From Octopus vulgaris (taxonomy: Eukaryota), in the NCBI GenBank assembly GCA_951406725.2, contig OX597829.1:44578001-44642000 (forward strand): DNA of 64,000 bases. The letters are read 5' to 3'. A model generated the notes under the pieces. The model had not been told where the DNA came from and made no database searches. It saw only the letters and a program-made list of their open reading frames with translations. Shown here one piece after another: positions 54,060 to 64,000 of this stretch. The position numbers and the translations under genes were made by a program. Positions within the stretch are counted from its first letter, which is position 1. Each line of letters starts with the position of its first letter.

Positions 54060-54387
54060 CATCGTGGCCATGTGTTGAGAGGGATTCTTTGGGGTTTGAA
54101 TAATTCACCTTTGGAAACAGGGGTGTTTCGTTTAACATCCTTAAACAACCCTTATTCAGAGACCTTTTGAGTGGGATGGGCTACTCGACCAGAACAAAAT
54201 TCTAACTGGGCCCCACCTGCAAGGTCATGTGCTGTTTATCTTGATATGAGATCACCTTGTCGCGCACATATGGTTGTGATGCATGTGCCTAGTGTACCCT
54301 TATCAGATGGGTAGTCATGATGGGTATACTGGGTTTCGTATATTTTACCCCAGTGTCACTTTGATGGCATGCACTGCTCTCTCACTC
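54060..54387 (+). mobile_element. Family D element, left-truncated tandem copy
   Basis: Matches about 53695-54020; ends CTCTCTCACTC(AAT)n. Confidence 0.88.
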
Positions 54388-54482
<95 letters not shown>

Positions 54483-54530
54483 GAAAAGAAGAAGAAGAAG
54501 AAGAAGAAGAAGAAGAAGAAGAAGAAGAAG

Positions 54531-54737
54531 CCTTTCTACTACAGGCAGAAGGCCTGACATTTGGGTGAGGGGGAATATTCGATTACATCGACCCCAGTAC
54601 TCAACTAGTACTTGATTTATCGACCCTGAAAGAATGAAAGGCAAAATTGACCTCAGCGGAATTTGAACTCAGAATGTAGCGACGGGCGAAATACCGCTAA
54701 GCATTTTGTCCGGCGTGCTAACAATTCTGCCAGCTCG
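54531..54737 (-). mobile_element. Family A SINE, older subfamily tail
   Basis: CGATTACATCGACCCCAG...GGAATTTGAACTCAG...CTGCCAGCTCG. Confidence 0.87.
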
Positions 54738-54819
54738 GGATGGCCAGTCAAGGAATTCTTTTGATCAGAGTTAAACAATGGTTAAGTAACAACAACAACA
54801 ATAACAAGAATAGCAGCTG

Positions 54820-54851
<32 letters not shown>

Positions 54852-54853
<2 letters not shown>

Positions 54854-55255
54854 TTTTACTCTTTTACTTGTTTCAGTCATTTGACTGTGGCCATGCTGGA
54901 GCACCGCCTTTAGTCGAGCAAATCGACCCCGGGACTTATTCTTTGTAAGCCCAGTACTTATTCTATCGGTCTCTTTTGCCGAACCGCTAAGTGACGGGGA
55001 CGTAAACACACCAGCATCGGTTGTCAAGCAATGCTAGGGGGACAAACACACGCGCACACACACACACATACATATATATATATACATATATACGACAGGC
55101 TTCTTTCAGTTTCCGTCTACCAAATCCACTCACAAGGCATTGGTCGGCCCGAGGCTATAGCAGAAGACACTTGCCCAAGATGCCACGCAGTGGGACTGAA
55201 CCCGGAACTATGTGGTTGGTTAGCAAGCTACTTACCACACAGCCACTCCTGCGCC
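54852..55255 (-). mobile_element. Family B SINE, full length
   Basis: Near identical to 14048-14466 and to the reverse complement of 60480-60931. Confidence 0.94.
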
Positions 55256-56359
55256 TATATATATATATTGTTTTTTCGAGGGTTTGGAAAGAAATCACGA
55301 TGGGATTTGAACTGAGAACGACTGGGAGAAAAATAAATACTGAAAGGCGTTTTAAACTAACCGCTTTAGTGTCCCCTTCTGTACCTTTGCATCAACTCGA
55401 AAAGCATCAATGGTAACCACTCCTACTTTTATATAAATCTTAGCCCAACCAACCCACCCAAAAATATGTCCTTACGCACGTATATACCACACACCAACTT
55501 TAATTATGCTATTATATAGTAGCAGACATTAGTAAAAAAAAAAAATTAAAAAAAAAAAAAAAGAGGAATAAAAAAGTAATAAAAAATAAAGAAAAACAGA
55601 AAAAAAAATGGAAAGCACCGTCCTTAGAACATTATACCTGAGAACACCATAGTAAGATGATCTCGAGTTAATCCAATACAACACCGCTCTCTCTCTCTCT
55701 CTCTCGCTCTTTCTCTCTCTCTCTCTCTCTCTTCCTCTTTCTCTCCCTCTCCTTTTCTCCAGACATTACCGACTAAATATATATAATATTTTGAGTTGTA
55801 ATATATGTCCCGCGTAAAGCTAATTCTACGATATTGGTATTGTTTGTTCTTTGCTGTTGCTTTCTTCTGTATTTGTTTCTGCTATTTTTTTTTTTTTTGG
55901 CTCTGTTTTTTTTTTTAATATTTTAGTTCATCTATATTTCTATTTATTGTTTTTTATTTTTATTTTTATTTTTATTTTTATATTTTTGTAGCTTTACCAA
56001 ACGCTGCCAACATATATAACATAACTATCACTGTCTCAATCAATCCTTATTCCTTTCCTTTTCCAAACTATTGTTTCTCCGATTCTGTCCATCTCTCCAC
56101 CCCAAAACCCACCTCGTTGGTGTCATGTGACTGTCTCACAAATGGCTACGCAGAAACACGCCTTCCCGTCGCATATTGCGCCAGCCACGCTCTTCTACTG
56201 CATTGCATTCGCACCGCAATCTATACTTTCTCTGCCTCCACACCCCTGCCGTCTTATATTCACAACATGCCACTTTATTTATTTAATTATTTTTTAGGAA
56301 AGTCTTTTATTCAATAATTCTCCACCCTCTTCCAAATATCTCTTTCCTTCCATGCCCCC

Positions 56360-56513
56360 TCTCTCTCTCTCTCTCCCTCTATCTCACTCTATCTCTTTCT
56401 TTCTCTCTATCTCTATCTCTCTCAGAAATATCTCTTCTCTCTCCCATCTCTTTCCCTCTCTCCCCTCTCTCTCTTAGAAATATTTTCTCAGAAATATTAT
56501 CTCTTCTACTCTT

Positions 56514-56591
<78 letters not shown>

Positions 56592-56820
56592 CTGTCTCCC
56601 CTCTATATCTCTCTCTTCTATTTCCCCCTGTATCTCTCTCTCTCTCTATTTCCCTCTATCTCACTCTTTCTCTTTCTTTCTCTCTATCTCTATCTCTCTC
56701 AGAAATATCATCTCTTCTCTCTCCCATCTCTTTCCCTCTCTCCCCTCTCTCTCTCTCTCTCTCTCTCTCTCAGAAATATTTTCTCAGAATTATTATCTCT
56801 TCTCCTCTCTCTCTATCTCC

Positions 56821-56877
<57 letters not shown>

Positions 56878-57110
56878 CTGTCTCCCCTCTATCTCTCTCT
56901 CTTCTATCTCTCATCTCTCTCTCTCTCTCTCTATTTCCCTCTATCTCACTCTTTCTCTTTCTTTCTCTCTATCTCTATCTCTCTCAGAAATATCATCCCT
57001 TCTCTATCCCATCTCTTTCCCTCTCTCTCCTCTCTCTTTCAGAAATATTATCTCTTCTCTCTCTCTCTCTTCTATCTCTCATCTCTCTCTCTCTGTTCTA
57101 TCTCCCCCTG

Positions 57111-57141
<31 letters not shown>

Positions 57142-57150
57142 TACTCTCTT
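56360..57150. repeat. Polypyrimidine tract organised as about 3 tandem units of about 280 bp
   Basis: CCCTCTATCTCACTCT...CTCAGAAATATC recurs at about 56375, 56651 and 56937 with (CTAT)n blocks. Confidence 0.85.
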
Positions 57151-57268
57151 TCATGCAGACATATTATCTTTATTCTATCCATCTATTTGGTTCTCAATAT
57201 CTTTCCTTTTTCCCCTCTTCTTAGTATCTCATTCCCTTTTCCCCCATCCCTTCTCTATCATATATTCA

Positions 57269-57309
<41 letters not shown>

Positions 57310-57464
57310 ACTCATGCACGCACACATACACTCGTACAACATATGCACACACTATTTAATCTCCTCTTGTGTAACCATCTATTTTTGCATCCTCTTCATC
57401 TATCTTTCAAAGAAAAATCAATAGAAATAAGCCAACAATCACATACAAAAACAAAAAAAAATTA

Positions 57465-58830
<1,366 letters not shown>

Positions 58831-59704
58831 TTTTTTTTTTTTATTATAGTTGTAAGATTTGGTGGAGATATTTTTGTTCCATGTATTTTTGTAGTCTTGC
58901 AAAATTTCTTTAGAATTTTAATTTTAACATTATTTTTTTTCTTTTCTTTTCTTTCTTTCTCTCTGAAAGACATGAGCACACTACACTTAGAACTTCAATT
59001 TTCTTTCTTTCTCATCACAAGATGTTCTGCATGATTGGTTAAACCAACAGTGCTGAACCGTAAGTTCGTCATTGGCTTCTTCCTCAAATTGGATAAATTC
59101 CGTGTGAAATCAAACAAGTCACCTGAGACAAGATTAACCTCTCCTGATAGTTTGAACCTATGAACTCTCCACTTGACACATACAATACATCCACACACAC
59201 ACACACACACGCACACACAAATACAATGCATCCACACACATTTACACACACACACACACTCGCTCACACATGCGCACTTACGCATCACATTTTCAGTTTA
59301 TTTTTTTGTTAATTACTATTAATGTACTTTCAAATTTATTCTTTACTCCATCGTCAAGTTTATCTCCTTACTCTCCTTGCTCCATACCCTCTCCCATCTA
59401 CACACACACATGCACATACATACTCATACACTCGCACACATACACACGACTGTTCGCACCCTCAAAATATGGCCCAATTTTTTCTATAGCCTCTTTCTTT
59501 TCTATTTATTTCCGTCTGAATTTTTAAAAAAATATTCTGTACCTACTACCTCTCCTCCTCCTCCTCCTCCTCCTCCTCCGCCTCGTTATAGTCCCACATG
59601 CGCACACACACAGAGGTTCATATATGTGGATGCGCACACAAATGCACGACACACACTCACACACATGCATATATGTATTTAGATAATTATATACATAGAT
59701 AGAA

Positions 59705-59756
<52 letters not shown>

Positions 59757-59772
59757 ATATCTACACGTACAC

Positions 59773-59808
<36 letters not shown>

Positions 59809-59809
59809 G

Positions 59810-59850
<41 letters not shown>

Positions 59851-59855
<5 letters not shown>

Positions 59856-59968
59856 CGGCCATATCACTTTGAAAACACCGGTTCTCGCCCGATCACCGAA
59901 GTTAAGCAAAGTCGAGCAAAGTTAGTACTTAGATGGGTGACCGCTTGGGGAACCTAGGTGCTGTAAAC
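59851..59968 (+). rRNA. 5S rRNA-like sequence, probably a retroposed non-functional copy
   Basis: Box A AGTTAAGCAAAG and box C-like TAGATGGGTGA; solitary, in (TA)n, with several substitutions relative to metazoan 5S. Confidence 0.8.
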
Positions 59969-60048
59969 AACTTTCTGTAATGGCGGTGCCCCAGCATGGC
60001 CACAACTCGTGAGCTGAAACTAGATAAAATAAAATAAAATAAAATAAA
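59851..60048 (+). mobile_element. 5S rRNA-derived SINE (SINE3-like): full 5S head, LINE-type 3' tail, (TAAAA)n
   Basis: 59851-59968 is 5S (TTACGGCCATATCAC...CCGATCACCGAAGTTAAGC...TTAGTACTTAGATGGGTGACCGC...GTGCTGTAAAC). No T4 terminator. Then GGCGGTGCCCCAGCATGGCCAC...CTGAAAC, shared with the family B tail. Confidence 0.85.
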
Positions 60049-60479
60049 TATATATATATATGCGTATCATATGTATGAATATATATATATATATTTGTAC
60101 ATAGCAATAAGAGGGGATCAAGAGGTGGTATTCACCAACTTTTGGACATTATATTATGTCTGTTTATTTTTTAAAAAGACAATTATAACAATATACATAC
60201 ATGTATAACATATTATGCTTTACATATATAATGAATAAGATATAAAAATACCAGTAATTATTAAAATATGTAACGTAGAGCATAGAAAGTAGGATAATAT
60301 CTTACAGCTGTTTCAGCCAAGAGGCCATAGTGCCCCATTCTACTTTTATCCCAACAGCTTTGCCACATGAGCTACTAGTTACATTATCGCCAGTAACATG
60401 CGTTTGGACAACCAGGACAAACAAAAGCATACGTTAAATACCTTATAAAATTCATGGTATAATCTTAGATTACTGACAT

Positions 60480-60642
60480 GAGTGGCTGTGTGGTAAGTAG
60501 CTTGCTAACCAACCACATGGTTCCGGGTTCAGTCCCACTGCGTGGCATCTTGGGCAAGTGTCATCTGCTATAGCCCCGGGCCGACCAATGCCTTGTGAGT
60601 GGATTTGGTAGACGGAACTGAAAGCAGCCTGTCGTAAATATG

Positions 60643-60705
<63 letters not shown>

Positions 60706-60931
60706 ATGTGTGTGTGTTTGTGTGTCTCTGTTTGTTCCCCTAGCATTGCTTGACAACCGATGCTGGTGTGTTTACGTCCCCGTCACTTAGCGGTTCGGCA
60801 AAAAGAGACCGATAGAATAAGTACTGGGCTTACAAAAGAATAAGTCCCGGGGTCGAGTTGCTCGACTAAAGGCGGTGCTCCAGCATGGCCGCAGTCAAAT
60901 GACTGAAACAAGTAAAAGAGTAAAAGAGTAA
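60480..60931 (+). mobile_element. Family B SINE, nearly full length
   Basis: GAGTGGCTGTGTGGTAAG...GACTGAAACAAGTAAAAGAGTAAAAGAG. Confidence 0.94.
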
Positions 60932-61159
60932 ATGAGTATATGTTTCTGCTTCTATCGAAGGTAATTCAGTTGCTTAGCTGTAATAGGTATAACCTCTAAA
61001 AGTGAAGAGAAGATTATCTCAAGATTTTAGAATTTCTCTAAAAATGGCATGCCATTAATAAAAACATATTTCATTGTCTAAAGAAGAGAACACCTATAAA
61101 CTCGTGTTTCTGCCTCAGATCTCATAAATACAACTATTGCCTTCGCATATCTTCAACAA

Positions 61160-61975
61160 GCATATATGTATATATACACACGCATACACAGTCATGTATC
61201 CATATATATGTATATATACACGCATTTGCATAGACGCATACATACATACATACATGCATACATACAAACACACATACATATATGCATACATACAAACACA
61301 CATACATACATACATACATACATACATACATACATACATACATACATACATACATACATGCATACATACATACATACATACATGCATACATACATACATA
61401 CATACATACATACACACACACATACATGCATACAGACATGCATACATGCATACAGACATGCATACATACATACATACACACACATACATACATACAGACA
61501 TAAATATATACACACATGCATACATGTACACACATACATACATATGTACATATATGCATAAATACATACATACATACACATACATACATACATAATACAC
61601 AGATGCATACATACATGCATACATACACGTATGCATACATACATACATACATAAATGCATACATACATACATACATACACACTCAGATACATACATACAT
61701 ACATACATACATACATACATACATACATACCCTGCCTATGTAGTTTGTGGACCACCGTAGGTGAGCAATAGCAAACCATGACTGAAGCTGGTGTGAACTG
61801 TTTGTGGTTTTTATGTTGTTCTGCTTGGCGTATCTGTGAATCGACGTCTGCGAGACGAAACTAAAAGATGACGATATTCCTGATGGTCAGCGATGTGGAA
61901 TTCCAAGTACTTCGCTGTAGCTACTTGTATATTAATTTTTAGTACACACACGCACACACACACGCGCGCGCGCGC

Positions 61976-62021
<46 letters not shown>

Positions 62022-62118
62022 TTATACATATATGTATATATATATGTATGTGTGTATTATATATATACATACGTATATATATATATGTTTATGTATATAA
62101 ATAGATAGACACACATAC

Positions 62119-62165
<47 letters not shown>

Positions 62166-62232
62166 CAGACAGACTGAGACAGACAGCTAGACAGACAGAT
62201 AGATAAAGAGATTGATCGACAGACAAACAGAC

Positions 62233-62311
<79 letters not shown>

Positions 62312-62410
62312 AAGATAGATAGATAGAAAGATAGAAAGACAGATAGACAGACAGACAGATCGATAGATAGATAGATAGAGAGAAAGAGAGAGAGAGAGAG
62401 TGAAAGAGAG
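61160..62410. repeat. (CATA)n, (TA)n and (GATA)n microsatellite fields around a short unique island at about 61730-61940
   Basis: Read directly from the sequence. Confidence 0.88.
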
Positions 62411-63044
62411 ATAAACATAGATATGTATGTATCTACACGCACCCGCGTGCACACTCAGGCACGCACACATACACGATCAGCAAGTAGACCAGACAAGATT
62501 TATCAATGACATACAATTTTGGCACAAGACTAGCAACTAGCAATTACGAGGTGGGAGAGGGGGTTACTGAGTCGATTTGAAGAGACATTTGCCTCCGTCA
62601 GGTTACTTCGAGAGAAATAAATCTATGTCGACAGAATGATTTCTGTGCTTCAAGCTGAGATTTCATATCGAAATGGACATCACATCTGCTGATGTCCAAT
62701 TGATTCGTCATAGCGTTGCAGTATTTCATATCACTGTTTTCTGTACATCTGTGTGTATGCTAACGCCTGTGTGCCCCTATGTATGATCCAATGCATGTGT
62801 CCGTGTATCCGTGTGTCCGTGTGTTTGTGTGTGAACGTGCGAGTGTCTTTGTATACATATGCAATCGATATCTAGAAAAATATTACTCATTGTCTGGTAT
62901 AATTTTAATGTATGCTTCTTAGTTTTAAAACGGATTTATAAACGAGTGGCAAAATTAAAGAAAAGAACAAAAGAAATTCTCTATTAATGGGAACCATAGA
63001 AGTAAAAAAAATAGTTAGGTACTGTTTTATGAATATGAACAGCA

Positions 63045-63460
63045 CAAGTGTGGCTGTGGGGTAAGGAACTTGCTTCCCAACCACATGGTTCCGGGTTCAG
63101 TCCCACTGCCTGTCACCTTGGGCAACTGTCCTCGACGAAGCTTTCTGAGTGGATTTGATAGAGAGAAAGAGACTGTAAGAAGCCACGCGTAGGTATATGT
63201 AATTGTGTGTGTGTGTGTTTTTGTGTGTAAATGTGTGTGTGTCTTTGTGTCTGTGTTTGTTCCCACCACCTTTTGACAACCAGTGTTGGTTTGTTTACGT
63301 CTCGGCAACGTAACAGTTTGGCAAAAGAAACCGATAGAGTAAGTGTCAAGCATTAAAAAAACCCACAGGTATCGGGTTCGATACGTTCGACTAAAACCCT
63401 TCAATGCGGTGCCCCTGAATGGCCGCAGTCAAGTCAATGAAAGAACGAAAAGATAAAAAA
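63045..63460 (+). mobile_element. Family B SINE, diverged
   Basis: CCAACCACATGGTTCCGGGTTCAGTCCCACTG...GCGGTGCCCCTGAATGGCCGCAGTCAA. Confidence 0.87.
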
Positions 63461-64000
63461 TAAAAAATTTAAAGATGTCTGCCGTTGTGTTTGTATGCTG
63501 GTTAACTTCTCTGTCACTGCTGGGGTTTCGGCACAACTGTGTGGTCTCGATGGGTCAACAACACAACGTACCGTCAGGACTGGCAATTGAAACCAAGTAG
63601 GGGTAAAAATGAAATTCTTGCGGATAATTAGGACTCATTAGATATGAGTAAAATTACATAAAAATGTGTTCCTTCTTACGACAGAAATTTTTCTTCTGGC
63701 CACACTGCATCTGTCCAATGTAATGGATGTCTAAATAGATTCATGTAAATAGATTCAATAAACCTTTTGAATTCAAAGAATCTGATTTTCTTCCTTTCAA
63801 ATTAAGGAGGTAACGTCAGCGTATATTTTGGGGTAATAAAGTTCCCCGGCCCCTGCTCTAACCCAACGGATCTCACCCTCGGCTCCCAGGACTTTATGCA
63901 GCCGTCGAGTATCCTTCCAGTGACGCTCGACATTCTTTTCTTTATAAATATAACACTTTTTTCTCTAATTGACTTGTCTTTTACTTTTCTTTGTTTGGTG

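Noticed and set aside
59851-59968. Functional 5S rRNA gene
   Set aside because: Solitary, no oligo-T terminator, fused to a retroposon tail.

Overview
Animal genomic DNA, most likely an octopus or other coleoid cephalopod (inferred from the repeat repertoire and microsatellite load). The window is almost entirely repeats, with one 100-N gap at 30004-30103. I found no host protein-coding exon; the long ORFs in the track are microsatellite artefacts. Decayed coding elements: two L1/Tx1-type LINEs (+ 1-4172; - about 7905-10800), a CR1-group LINE 3' end and a Penelope GIY-YIG 3' end. Non-coding repeats: three abundant tRNA-derived SINE families (A, B, C here), a 5S-rRNA-derived SINE, an (AAT)n-resident element (D), and Helitron and hAT ends. 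The strongest hidden signal is a set of small non-coding elements in microsatellites that carry type I hammerhead ribozyme folds, some with variant cores. The best is a 549-bp unit present as about 1.5 copies at 50743-51550, which looks like a retrozyme or circular-RNA-derived insertion. All alignments and folds were done by eye; nothing was computed or searched.
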